Source of the DNA: Ruminococcus albus 7 = DSM 20455 | GTDB lineage: Bacteria > Bacillota > Clostridia > Oscillospirales > Ruminococcaceae | Direction of reading: 5' to 3' | Length of the DNA stretch: 32,000 bases | Assembly: GCF_000179635.2 (NCBI RefSeq) | Contig: NC_014833.1 | Coordinates: forward strand, 930,001 to 962,000 | Shown: positions 1 to 8,717 of the stretch, piece by piece | How positions within the stretch are numbered: position 1 is the first letter of the stretch | Layout: each line of letters begins with the position of its first letter | Program-made: the position numbers and the translations under genes | The notes under the pieces: model-generated | Databases searched by the model: none | What the model saw: the letters and a program-made list of their open reading frames with translations, nothing else | What the model was told of the DNA's origin: nothing

Positions 1-141
1 GTTGTTTGATTTACAAAAAGTAATAACCGTTATCGAAAAGCGCATTACGGACGTGCTTTTGGCGGTTATATTTAGTATGGCGAATTGCCCCTCAGAAGCG
101 TTAGAACGTGAGGGAGGGTAGAAAACAGGAACTAGCAGTGT

Positions 142-864
142 CTACATCAATGTCTGCTCGTTTATTATCAGATGAAATTCAAGATCAAGAAAACCGGCAG
201 CTTTGCGGCAGAGCAGCATACGCTCCATGAATATTTCAAAGTATTCGCCTATCTCTCCATATCTTGTATCGATATCGAGTTTCAGCTTTATGGCGGTATG
301 ATCCTGGTTGATCTTCAGCTTGGAAGTTTTGACAGAATAGTTCACTCTGTCATGGATATCATAATTCCTTTTGTCATCATCCTGAACACGGCTTCTTCTG
401 ACATCCGATTTATCAGCCAGTATAAGTGCCGCGGCGATCTTGCTTACGGGAACTCCGCTGCCTTCATCGTGATTGCCTATAGCCTGTATTATCGGAGCAA
501 TATCCTCAGCAGGGATACCCATTTTATCCAGCAGATAGAAAGTCATCATAGCGCCTGACTGACTATGATCCTCGCGGTTTATGACATTACCGAGATCATG
601 CATCCACGCTGACGTCAACGCAAGATCTATTGTGTGATCGTCCAGCCCTAAGGTATCAAGAATGTATCCCACACGATCGGCAACAACACCGATGTGTGCA
701 AAGCTATGTTCAGTATATCCCATAGCATGTAGTGATTCATTTTGTGCTTTTATATATACACTGATATCGTGATCCTGTTTTATCCTGTTGAACAGCGGAA
801 ATCTATCCGCATTTTCCTGAGCATTATTTATCCACACGCTTGAAATCAACTCCTCTGAAAGCAA
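142..864 (-). CDS. HD-domain metal-dependent phosphohydrolase
   Basis: 240-aa ORF with a His...His-Asp signature (HSFAHIGV, AWMHDLGN) plus downstream GNHDEG, the typical HD superfamily layout. Confidence 0.75.
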   Translation of the reverse strand: MLSEELISSVWINNAQENADRFPLFNRIKQDHDISVYIKAQNESLHAMGYTEHSFAHIGVVADRVGYILDTLGLDDHTIDLALTSAWMHDLGNVINREDHSQSGAMMTFYLLDKMGIPAEDIAPIIQAIGNHDEGSGVPVSKIAAALILADKSDVRRSRVQDDDKRNYDIHDRVNYSVKTSKLKINQDHTAIKLKLDIDTRYGEIGEYFEIFMERMLLCRKAAGFLDLEFHLIINEQTLM

Positions 865-1215
865 TTATATAGTTTCAAATTTATCCTTGTAAGATCATTT
901 GATCCGGTCTTTAGGTTATTTATATTATACTATTTTATGTGAGCATTGTCAATCGGTAGATTAACAGTACAAAAAAGAGGATCGCTATACAGCAACTCCA
1001 TGATTTCCCGAACTGAGATTCTGCTTAGCACTTGATCTCATTATAATGTTGTAATAAATTTTAAGACTGCCTTCTGTAAATCAGGGGATCTTCTTTTCGG
1101 AAAATGATTAAAAATGCGTATAGCATACGGTAATATCCCGAAGCTAATGCGCATTTTTCTTATTTAGGGGTATGATGAAGCTGTTTTATGTATTATAAAA
1201 CTACTTCATATGTTT

Positions 1216-1659
1216 TTAGCAGGAACTGACAGTCACTCCGTGGAACTTTTCGTAACCTTCTTTTATTCCTTTGAGGATTTTTATAGTGTCTTCTACTGAA
1301 GGCTCGGGAATATCCACAGGCATGAATCTTCTTGCAAGAGCCTTGTCTTTCTCTATAAACTTTCTGTATTCATCTGTAGTCGTTGAGCCGATTATTCTGA
1401 CAGAACCGTCTGTAAGATAAGGTTTAAGGATATTTGCCGCATCCATAGGATTGTCGGGATTTGCGCCTGCACCCATGATCGTGTGGATCTCATCTATATA
1501 CAAAATGATCGAACGTTCTGAATCTTTTACTTCTTCCAGAACAGTTTTCAGCTTTTCTTCAAATTCTCCTCTGTATTTTGATCCTGCCAGCAAAGTGGAT
1601 ATTTCTATACTATATATAGATTTTACAGTCTCTTTTATTGCTTGAGGAACATTTCCTTT
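1216..1659 (-). pseudogene. Internal fragment of a ClpA/ClpB/ClpC-type AAA+ ATPase (part of the D1 module only)
   Basis: Open frame reads GNVPQAIKETVKSIYSIEISTLLAGSKYRGEFEEKLKTVLEEV..ILYIDEIHTIMGAGA..RIIGSTTTDEYRKFIEKDKALARRF..PEPSVEDTIKIL. This is the Clp/Hsp100 D1 Walker B to arginine-finger region. The Walker A, the N-domain and everything after ~145 aa are absent. The frame is closed by TAA at 1660-1662 and by a stop at 1216. Confidence 0.8.
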
Positions 1660-1799
1660 TTATTCAGTTCTATGACTCCAGCCATCATTATTATTTGAAC
1701 TTATTCTTATTATAGCTGAAAATTTCATATAATAAAAACGGGAAGAGGCTTGGAAATGTATGATTGTGCTGTATTTAAGGCAAGAGTGGTAAGTGTCTG

Positions 1800-2003
1800 A
1801 TGAGCAATTACAAGACGTGTATGGATTGCGGCGCTGCTCTGCTTGCTGATGATATAGCGATATTTCGTAAACTTGTAAACAGAAATGCTGAAGAGTTTTT
1901 ATGCATCGATTGCCTCTCGAAACGTCTTGGCTGCACAAGAGAGAAGATAGAAAACCTTATAAAGTATTACCGTGAGAGCGGAAATTGTACTCTTTTTGTG
2001 TAA
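1800..2003 (+). CDS. Small zinc-ribbon-like protein (CxxC...CxxC), function unknown
   Basis: 67-aa ORF with CMDC and CIDC pairs. The RBS is weak. It is followed by a long-loop hairpin (GCGGTGTG...CACACCGC) near 2094-2150. Confidence 0.45.
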   Translation: MSNYKTCMDCGAALLADDIAIFRKLVNRNAEEFLCIDCLSKRLGCTREKIENLIKYYRESGNCTLFV

Positions 2004-2282
2004 GAGCCATGATATGAAGTTCGGCTTTTATAATGAATAAGCGTAATTATAGACCTATGTCCATTCTCTGTATGTAAAAAGATACGAAGTGCGGCGGTGT
2101 GAGATGATTGGAACGTTACTGAACAGAACGTCTTTTATCGCACACCGCTATTTTTATGTTTTTGCGCCTGTGATTGGTGTCATCAGGCGATAGTGTCATA
2201 AAACCATGCAGCTGTCTTTTATTTGCCGGGTCTATCCGAATGATCTTTCTGATGAATAAATGCAGTGTTATATCATTGAAAC

Positions 2283-2311
2283 TTGATTTTTGCATGAATA
2301 TCTGCTATAAT
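2283..2311 (+). promoter_or_regulatory. Sigma-A type promoter TTGATT-17 bp-TATAAT facing the IS21 insertion point
   Basis: TTGATT at 2283-2288, a 17-bp spacer, TATAAT at 2306-2311. No gene lies downstream before the IS end at 2372. Confidence 0.5.
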
Positions 2312-2371
2312 ATAGAAAAGCAGTAAGCATACATCAGTAAGTATTGTGAGATAATAACGATCAATACCGGT

Positions 2372-2461
2372 TGTATATGCCGACCCAAAACCGCAACTGC
2401 ACGGGCTTGAAACCGCACGGAGCCGCTCTCTGAACCGCACGCCCGCGGTCGTTGACCGCAC
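2372..2461. repeat. IS21-family terminal inverted repeat, istB-proximal end
   Basis: Reverse-complement match to 8584-8674. Contains four (A/G)ACCGCA(A/C) subrepeats, which are typical multiple IstA-binding repeats. Confidence 0.85.
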
Positions 2462-2555
2462 CACAAATCCGACGCTGTTTTGGAGCCACTTCCATAGAAA
2501 GTAGAGCCGCTAAAAATATGGAGCCCGCCTCAGACAGGCTCCTTGTATAGCTTAA

Positions 2556-2753
2556 TCAGATCTCCGGATAGTCTATCTCATTCTCATCAAGAATAGCTTT
2601 GAGTTTATCAATGTATTCATACAGTCTCTGGATCTCGATCCAGTTGCCGTGACACAGATTTTCGGCCTCTTCAAGCTCATGTCTGGTGAGTTCATAATCC
2701 TCCCATTTCAAGCACTTGTGATCCTTGCTGAAAGCACAGTAATCATTCATCAT
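2556..2753 (-). CDS. 65-aa ORF translationally coupled to istB, unknown function
   Basis: Its ATG overlaps the istB TGA (ATGA). It lies inside the IS, between istB and the terminal repeat. No recognisable motif. Confidence 0.4.
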   Translation of the reverse strand: MMNDYCAFSKDHKCLKWEDYELTRHELEEAENLCHGNWIEIQRLYEYIDKLKAILDENEIDYPEI

Positions 2754-3517
2754 GGTTCAGCTCCTTCCGGAAGCCCATGACGTTTTCTCATGGATATTTC
2801 ACCATCGATCATTACCGGATATGCGGTATTGATTATCCTGTCGATTATCGCATCGGATATCGGACTGTCGTTTTCAGGATCGGGATTTATGCGTTCGTAC
2901 CAGCCCTCAGCGTGGTACTGTGTGCAGAAAATCATAGACTTTTCGATCCTTGCTTCGATGATCTCCAACAGGTTATAGGCATCATTTGGAGCCAGCTTGC
3001 GGATAAGCCACTCGTCGAGGATCAGCAGATCGACTTTCTTGTATGCTTTGATTACCTTAGCAAATTCCCCGTTTGTTCTTGCAATGGAAAGTTCATCAAG
3101 CAGCTCCGGAAGTCTTATGTAGCGTACTGTCTTGAACTTGCGGCAGGCAGCATTTCCGAGCGCACAGGCAATATATGTCTTGCCGTTTCCCGAAGCGCCC
3201 ATAAGGATAATATGTCGTCCTTCGTCAACATAATTGCAAGTCGCAAATCGAAGCATTTTGCTTTTGTCGAGATGCCTGTCCTCGATGTATTCAATGCCTT
3301 CAATGGTTGCGTTAGCATCGGAGAAATGAGCGTTCCTGATGTATCTTACGAGCTTGTTGTTCTGCCTGCGATTCCATTCGGCATCAACAAGCAAAGATAG
3401 TCTATCCTCGAAACCAAGCTGTTTGTAGCTGTCGGCATCTTCAAGCTGACGTTCAAGCTCGGCAGCCATCGAATTCATCTTCATGGCTCTCAAACGCTCA
3501 ATGGTGCTGTTGATCAT
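2750..3517 (-). CDS. istB: IS21-family helper ATPase IstB
   Basis: 255 aa with Walker [10 protein letters not shown] and Walker [13 protein letters not shown] overlap with the istA stop. Confidence 0.95.
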   Translation of the reverse strand: MINSTIERLRAMKMNSMAAELERQLEDADSYKQLGFEDRLSLLVDAEWNRRQNNKLVRYIRNAHFSDANATIEGIEYIEDRHLDKSKMLRFATCNYVDEGRHIILMGASGNGKTYIACALGNAACRKFKTVRYIRLPELLDELSIARTNGEFAKVIKAYKKVDLLILDEWLIRKLAPNDAYNLLEIIEARIEKSMIFCTQYHAEGWYERINPDPENDSPISDAIIDRIINTAYPVMIDGEISMRKRHGLPEGAEP

Positions 3518-4428
3518 TTGCTACCACCTACCTTTCTCCAGTAGGCGGCACCGCGTGTGATGCCATATTTGTTGCTGTCATCGGTCTTTTCCGTGGGTTT
3601 GTCAGGCTCTTTGTTGTTTTTCAGCAGCGTTGTTATCGTGCGTATCGAAGGAGATGACGAGAACGCCAGCATACGCTCACAGGCGGCTTCAAGTTTCTTC
3701 TTTCCGTAACGCTTACCGAGCTTCGTTAGGCTTACACAGGCCTTGTACCCCTGTTCGGGAACGCTGCCGGAGGTCAGGAAATGCTTCACGACTTCCTCAA
3801 CGGATTTGCCAACCGTTGACGCCCATTCCTTGAATTCATCGGCATTGTAGTTTAGATACTCGCGGTGATTCGTCGGCATATGCTCAGGTTTCACGACAGG
3901 CTGAACGCTGAACTTTTCAAGACGTTTGTGCGAAGTCATGCGGCTGCCTTTGAAGTACACTTCGATCAAATCTTTTGTTAGCCTGATCTGCACCTGCTCA
4001 CCGATGAGATCAAAAGGAACGGAATACTTGTTGATTCCATCGCTTATGAGATAGTCATTCCCGACAGTCTGCTGTTTCCACACAGAGGGCTCATATCTGT
4101 GCTTCGGCAGCGGCAGCATGAATTCCTTTTCCTCAGATAGATATGCTTCTCTACGGTTGCCGGAACGTTTCTGAAATGGCTTTGTATTGACATATTCGAG
4201 GCGCTCGTCAACAGCCTCTCTGACCTCTGCAAAAGAGAAAAACTTACGCTCACGAAGTGCGGCAGTTATCCATGTTGTAGAGAATCCGACCGAGCGTTCA
4301 ACGAGCCCTTTATCCTGCGGCTTGCGTATACGGGCGGGAACGATGGCTGTTCCGTAGTATTCAGCAAGCTCACGGTAACTTTCGTTCAGCTGGGTCTCAT
4401 AGCGTGTATTCGCCGTCACTCCGGTTTT
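3514..4428 (-). pseudogene. istA: IS21 transposase istA, 3' fragment (C-terminal ~304 codons)
   Basis: The frame is open from 4428 as KTGVTANTRYETQLNESYRELAEYYGTAIVPARIRKPQDKGLVERSV. This is the conserved IstA region holding the DDE glutamate. There is no native start, and it continues the frame broken at 7886. Confidence 0.9.
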
Positions 4429-4461
4429 GAGATTTAATGTAAAGAGGATGTTAATGTAAAG
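4429..4461. repeat. RIT left inverted repeat GAGATTTAATGTAAAGAGGATGTTAATGTAAAG
   Basis: Exact reverse complement of 7833-7865. Contains two TAATGTAAAG 10-mers. A third, inverted copy lies at 4506-4515. Confidence 0.95.
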
Positions 4462-4518
4462 CTGAATAAAAATAGATCTAAAATCTAATGATTATAGGTA
4501 TTCGACTTTACATTAATA

Positions 4519-4527
4519 TGATATAAT
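4519..4527 (+). promoter_or_regulatory. Extended -10 (TGATATAAT) promoter for the recombinase trio
   Basis: TGATATAAT lies 33 nt upstream of the ATG, and a GAAAGGAGG RBS sits at 4541-4549. It is adjacent to the inverted 10-mer at 4506-4515. Confidence 0.4.
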
Positions 4528-4559
4528 TGGATCAATCATAGAAAGGAGGAATTATCATC

Positions 4560-5792
4560 ATGATTGATTCCAGTTACTCAATGACACTGTATGATGCAAT
4601 CCAACTGTTTCAAAGACACATCATACAAAACTACGGATCTGAATCCAAAACAGCACAGGCTTACATTCGGATCTCTAATGATTTACAGCGGTATGCTAAA
4701 GGAACGGATTTGGAGGTTTCTCCGGAAGATGTGATCCAAGAATACTATCGTATTATCGTCGGGGTCCCTGCATTTGAAGCTGTTCCGTCAAAATCAAAAG
4801 AACGTCGAGGAAGAGCTGTTCAGATGATTCTGGATATCCTTAATGGAAAAGAACCTAAGAGAAAGTATACCACCCATAAGCGTGATTGTCCCATTACGTA
4901 CCTGAATGTCATCAGAAAATATGAAACTTTCATGAGAAATGACCAAAAGAGCGATGGCACAGTACGCACGAGATCCGGACGAATCACTGTGTTTTTTGCT
5001 TTTCTTGAGGAGTGTAAATGTACATCATTAGAGGGCATCACGCCGGAGCTGTTTGCAAGATTTGTATCGTCCCTCAATGATAGGTATTCATCACAGGGAA
5101 AAGCGTCCATTTTGTATACGTTAAGGAATTTCTTTTCCTATGATGAGTTCTCAGGAGCGCTATCTTTCGATCCGATTCCCTTTTTGACAGGGATTCATTC
5201 CGGAAAGCATGAAAGACTCCCATCCTTTTACACGGCAGAAGAAGTAAGGCGTATCCTGAATGCTGTCGACAGGAATACCCCATGGGGAAAAACAGTCTAT
5301 CTTATGATGCTTTTGGCAAGTGTGTACGGTTTTCGCTCAAGCGATATCAAAGCAATGGTTCTTGACAATATAAACTGGAAAAATCGCACAATAAATATCA
5401 CGCAGTACAAGACGCACAAAGAGATTTCCCTTCCCATGACAGATGAGATCCTTTTTGCACTCCTTGACTATATTAAGAATGTGCGTCCTGAGTCAGACTG
5501 TTCGAATGTGTTCATCCGACTTAGAAAACCGTACATTGCATACTCAATGAATGATCACTTTGGCGACAAGATATTACCGTTTTTTGAAATTGCCGGTGTT
5601 GATACAAAAGGTAAACATCATGGTCTGCATTCTTTAAGGCATAGTTTGGCAACAAACCTTTTGGTTTCAGGAACCCCGATAAATGAGATTGCTGTGATAC
5701 TTGGACACACATCTGCGGCATCCACAAAAACTTATGTATGGTCAGATATAGAGCATCTCCGAGCAGCAGCATTGGAGGTGCCTAAAAAATGA
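4560..5792 (+). CDS. Tyrosine recombinase, first of trio (RitA-like position)
   Basis: 410 aa. Catalytic boxes: SDIKAM (Arg I region FRSSD), HGLHSLRHSLAT, LGHTSAASTKTYV. Strong RBS. Confidence 0.9.
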   Translation: MIDSSYSMTLYDAIQLFQRHIIQNYGSESKTAQAYIRISNDLQRYAKGTDLEVSPEDVIQEYYRIIVGVPAFEAVPSKSKERRGRAVQMILDILNGKEPKRKYTTHKRDCPITYLNVIRKYETFMRNDQKSDGTVRTRSGRITVFFAFLEECKCTSLEGITPELFARFVSSLNDRYSSQGKASILYTLRNFFSYDEFSGALSFDPIPFLTGIHSGKHERLPSFYTAEEVRRILNAVDRNTPWGKTVYLMMLLASVYGFRSSDIKAMVLDNINWKNRTINITQYKTHKEISLPMTDEILFALLDYIKNVRPESDCSNVFIRLRKPYIAYSMNDHFGDKILPFFEIAGVDTKGKHHGLHSLRHSLATNLLVSGTPINEIAVILGHTSAASTKTYVWSDIEHLRAAALEVPKK

Positions 5793-6769
5793 TCAATGAC
5801 AAGGAATTTCTTAAATTTGAAGAAGGTTTTTTCAAACCATATTTTGAAAAATTCATAGAGTTCAAGCGTGGAAAAGGTGAAAAAGTTGCTCATTCAACCA
5901 TGGTTCGCTTAAGGAAACTGAACAATTCGCTTAATACTTACTATGAACACCATATATCTGACCAGATGGTGGAGGAGTTACTGGCTCCTCGTGATGGATT
6001 AAGCGAATTAGAACGCCAATATCTTACAGCGAATCTCCGCCAGTTTTGTTCTTTCTTGGCGCTTCTCGGAATTGATGCGGTCATCGTCCCACGAAAATAT
6101 ATGCGAACGGTAAAGAGTGAATTTCGTCCGTACATTTTCAGCGACGATGAACTGCGCCGTCTGACTATTGCAGCCGACACGCTTCCTGCATCAAGAAAGT
6201 CGAGCTCGCATCAGCAGATATACCCAGTGCTCGTCAGATTACTTATAGGTACCGGAATGCGCATAGGCGAAGTCCTTGCACTGAAGCGGGCGAATGTTGA
6301 CACTTCAAACGGTGTGATCAATGTTATCAACGGTAAAAATGGCGTTTCAAGATTTATTCCTGTATCCGACAGCTTGAAAGAAGTCCTATTTGACTATGCC
6401 AAGACTATAGATATGTCTGATGAGAATAGACCGTTTTTCACTTCCTCCTACACCGGTGGTCATCTTACATATGATGCTATGAAATATATGTTTCCAAAGA
6501 TGTTTAAGACGGCAGGCATACACAAGTCAGATGGTAAGACGCCAAATATCCATTCTATCCGGCATACATTCTGCACCAAAAGTCTGGAAAAAATGTTGGA
6601 AAACGGAATGAATGTCTATACTGCTATTCCAATACTGGCGGCATACGTCGGACATGTGAATTACATAGATACAGAAAAATACATTCATTTCACAGAACAG
6701 GGACATACGGATTTCTTGCAGAAAGAATCATCCTTGGGGAGTCTATTCCCGGAGGTGGACAATGAGTGA
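5789..6769 (+). CDS. Tyrosine recombinase, second of trio (RitB-like position)
   Basis: 326 aa with GMRIGEVLAL, IHSIRHTF and VGHVNYIDTEKYI. ATGA overlap with the upstream gene. Confidence 0.9.
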   Translation: MINDKEFLKFEEGFFKPYFEKFIEFKRGKGEKVAHSTMVRLRKLNNSLNTYYEHHISDQMVEELLAPRDGLSELERQYLTANLRQFCSFLALLGIDAVIVPRKYMRTVKSEFRPYIFSDDELRRLTIAADTLPASRKSSSHQQIYPVLVRLLIGTGMRIGEVLALKRANVDTSNGVINVINGKNGVSRFIPVSDSLKEVLFDYAKTIDMSDENRPFFTSSYTGGHLTYDAMKYMFPKMFKTAGIHKSDGKTPNIHSIRHTFCTKSLEKMLENGMNVYTAIPILAAYVGHVNYIDTEKYIHFTEQGHTDFLQKESSLGSLFPEVDNE

Positions 6770-7766
6770 TAATTTATTCTTCTATATACAACGATATTTT
6801 ATGTCTTACCTAATGAAACAGCATAATTACGGCCCTAATACTGTTTCATCATACCGAGACACCTTTAAGCTTTTGCTTAAATTTATGTCAGAATCCGGTA
6901 AAAGCATATCAAAGAAAACTGTTGATGAGATTGACTGCGATGTAGTACTCAAGTTTCTCTCTTGGCTTTCGAATGTCAGGAAAAATGGGGTGCCTACCCA
7001 AAATGTAAGATTGGCACATATAAAATCATTTTTTCGATATGTAATGATGATCTCACCTGAATACTCCGGGCAATGCAGCGAAATACTCAGTATACCATTT
7101 GCAAAGGAAGATAAAAGGCTTCCTGATTGTATGTCTACGGATGCTATAAAGCAAATGCTTTCATCGATCGACTCATCATCTAACGAGGGACTAAGGCATT
7201 TGGCAATCTTATCCCTTATGTACGATTCAGCTTGTAGGGTTCAGGAAATCATTTCACTAGATGTCAAAGACTTTCAGCCGGGTCAATGCTGCAGGATATA
7301 TGTGCATGGTAAGGGAAATAAATATCGCACCATTCCGTTACTGGGAAAAACAGAAAAAATCATCTCAAAATATATCAGGCAATTCGGTCTTATGCAAGAG
7401 TCCCCAATGTTTTGCAACAGGAATGGTGACCGGCTAACAAGGCAAGGCATCCGCTACATAATAAGGAAATACTCTAAGTTGGCAAACGATACGGTTCCCG
7501 GTATTATAACCGGCTCTGTATACCCACATCGATTACGCCACAGTAAAGCCACACACCTTGTGGACAATGGCGTAAACATTTATAATGTCAGGGATTTCTT
7601 GGGACATGAGTCTGTTGCAACAACTCAGATTTACCTGTCAACGAATCCGGAAGTTATCAGAAAGGCTATCGAGACAGTAGCTGAGAAAACAGTATCAGAA
7701 AGCCTTGATTTCTTTTCAGACAAAGAAAAGGACGATTTGATTTCCTTCTTGGATTCACTAGGATAA
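6762..7766 (+). CDS. Tyrosine recombinase, third of trio (RitC-like position)
   Basis: 334 aa with ACRVQEIISL, HRLRHSKATHL and LGHESVATTQIYL. 8-nt overlap with the upstream gene. Confidence 0.9.
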   Translation: MSDNLFFYIQRYFMSYLMKQHNYGPNTVSSYRDTFKLLLKFMSESGKSISKKTVDEIDCDVVLKFLSWLSNVRKNGVPTQNVRLAHIKSFFRYVMMISPEYSGQCSEILSIPFAKEDKRLPDCMSTDAIKQMLSSIDSSSNEGLRHLAILSLMYDSACRVQEIISLDVKDFQPGQCCRIYVHGKGNKYRTIPLLGKTEKIISKYIRQFGLMQESPMFCNRNGDRLTRQGIRYIIRKYSKLANDTVPGIITGSVYPHRLRHSKATHLVDNGVNIYNVRDFLGHESVATTQIYLSTNPEVIRKAIETVAEKTVSESLDFFSDKEKDDLISFLDSLG

Positions 7767-7832
7767 CACGCATTTGTTAATGTAAAGTAGGTCATGATGG
7801 AATGCCGATCAGACTTTCATTGAAACGGCCGA

Positions 7833-7865
7833 CTTTACATTAACATCCTCTTTACATTAAATCTC
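7833..7865. repeat. RIT right inverted repeat
   Basis: CTTTACATTAACATCCTCTTTACATTAAATCTC, the exact reverse complement of 4429-4461. Confidence 0.95.
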
Positions 7866-7891
7866 TAATGTGAAGCTTTACATTAGAGATT
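7850..7891. other. Candidate tyrosine-recombinase core sites at the RIT right junction
   Basis: CTTTACATTA-AATCTC-TAATGTGAAG (7850-7875) is followed by CTTTACATTA-GAGATT (7876-7891). These are 10-bp inverted arms around 6-bp spacers that are reverse complements of each other. Confidence 0.5.
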
Positions 7892-8515
7892 ATCCGGAAC
7901 AAGAACACGAGTCACACCGCCGAAGTATTCATAAGCGTGAACATGGCAAATGAGCCAGTTCTCCTGCTTCATATCTGTGCAGGCTTCGACGTAGAGATAA
8001 CTGCTGCAAGGAAGAGCCGCGACAAATAAATAAGCTTTGTACTCTTCGCCCGTGATCGGATCGTAATACGGAATAGTTCCGCCTGCCCAATCGACCTGCA
8101 TGGTGTCCCCGGGCTTGTGGGTTACGCGCATGGTCGCCTTTGTGACACGAGCCCAGCGACGGTATTTGTCACCAAACTGTGTACTCATGTAGGGCGTTTC
8201 ACCATTGGCATAGGCACGCTCGCAATACTCGTTCCAAAGCAGCGTGAGGGTCACGCCTTTCTTGGACAGCTCGCGGTGGATGTAGTTGTAGTCGATGGCA
8301 GCATAGGGTGTGATACCGCTTTTGCGTTCACCGTAGAACAGCTCATCAAGTACCTCATTGGTCACGTTGTTATCTAGCGGCCATGAGATGTTCAGTTCCT
8401 TAGCACGGTCAAGAGTTGCTTTGACAGTCTGATGGGAACTGTGGACACTTGACTCGATGCTTCTCTGGCTGAAGCCCTGAGAATGCATCTCCAAGATTTT
8501 TCGATAGTTCGTCAT
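7883..8515 (-). pseudogene. istA: IS21 transposase istA, 5' fragment (N-terminal 210 aa)
   Basis: HTH region, then DDE Asp motifs MQVDWAG and VLVPDN. The frame ends in a TAA supplied by the inserted element, immediately after VPDNL. Confidence 0.9.
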
Positions 8516-8583
8516 ATCCGAACCTCCTGTTATTCAAGTCACACATTGCTGTGTGCTATGAATATTATACAGGATTTTTGAAA

Positions 8584-8674
8584 GTGCGGTCAACGACCGT
8601 GGGCGTGCGGTTCAGAGTACGACGAAACGCGGTTTCAAGCCCGTGCAGTTGCGGTTTTTGGGTCGGCATATACA
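8584..8674. repeat. IS21-family terminal inverted repeat, istA-proximal end
   Basis: Reverse-complement match to 2372-2461; ends ...GGGTCGGCATATACA. Confidence 0.85.
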
Positions 8675-8717
8675 CCGGTTATAAGAAATATACACTTTTC
8701 CGCCGAGGAGTGATGTT

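Larger units (their letters stand above)
4429..7885 (+). mobile_element. Recombinase-in-trio (RIT)-type element: three tandem tyrosine recombinases between inverted repeats, inserted in istA
   Basis: Perfect 33-bp inverted repeats (4429-4461 / 7833-7865). GAGATT is present at both junctions (4429-4434, 7886-7891). Removing the element restores the istA frame. Confidence 0.85.
2372..8674 (-). mobile_element. IS21-family insertion sequence (istA-istB plus a small third ORF), inactivated by a nested insertion
   Basis: Ends are TGTATATGCC...GGCATATACA, with ~90-nt imperfect terminal inverted repeats carrying multiple ACCGCA subrepeats. CCGGT flanks both ends (2367-2371 and 8675-8679). istA/istB gene pair present. 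Confidence 0.9.

Noticed and set aside
2273-2464. 63-aa minus-strand ORF spanning the IS21 terminus
   Set aside because: It is a translation of the terminal inverted repeat (ACCGCA subrepeats) running across the IS/flank boundary, so it is not a plausible gene.
2777-3400. 207-aa + strand ORF, plus smaller ones, inside istB
   Set aside because: Antisense to istB, which has clear Walker motifs. No motif and no RBS.
4435-7885. Repeated 10-mers TAATGTAAAG considered as a possible CRISPR-like or tandem-repeat array
   Set aside because: Only 3 copies on the left and 5 on the right. They are in mixed orientation and confined to the two ends of the recombinase element. They are recombinase-binding-type terminal repeats, not a spacer-repeat array.
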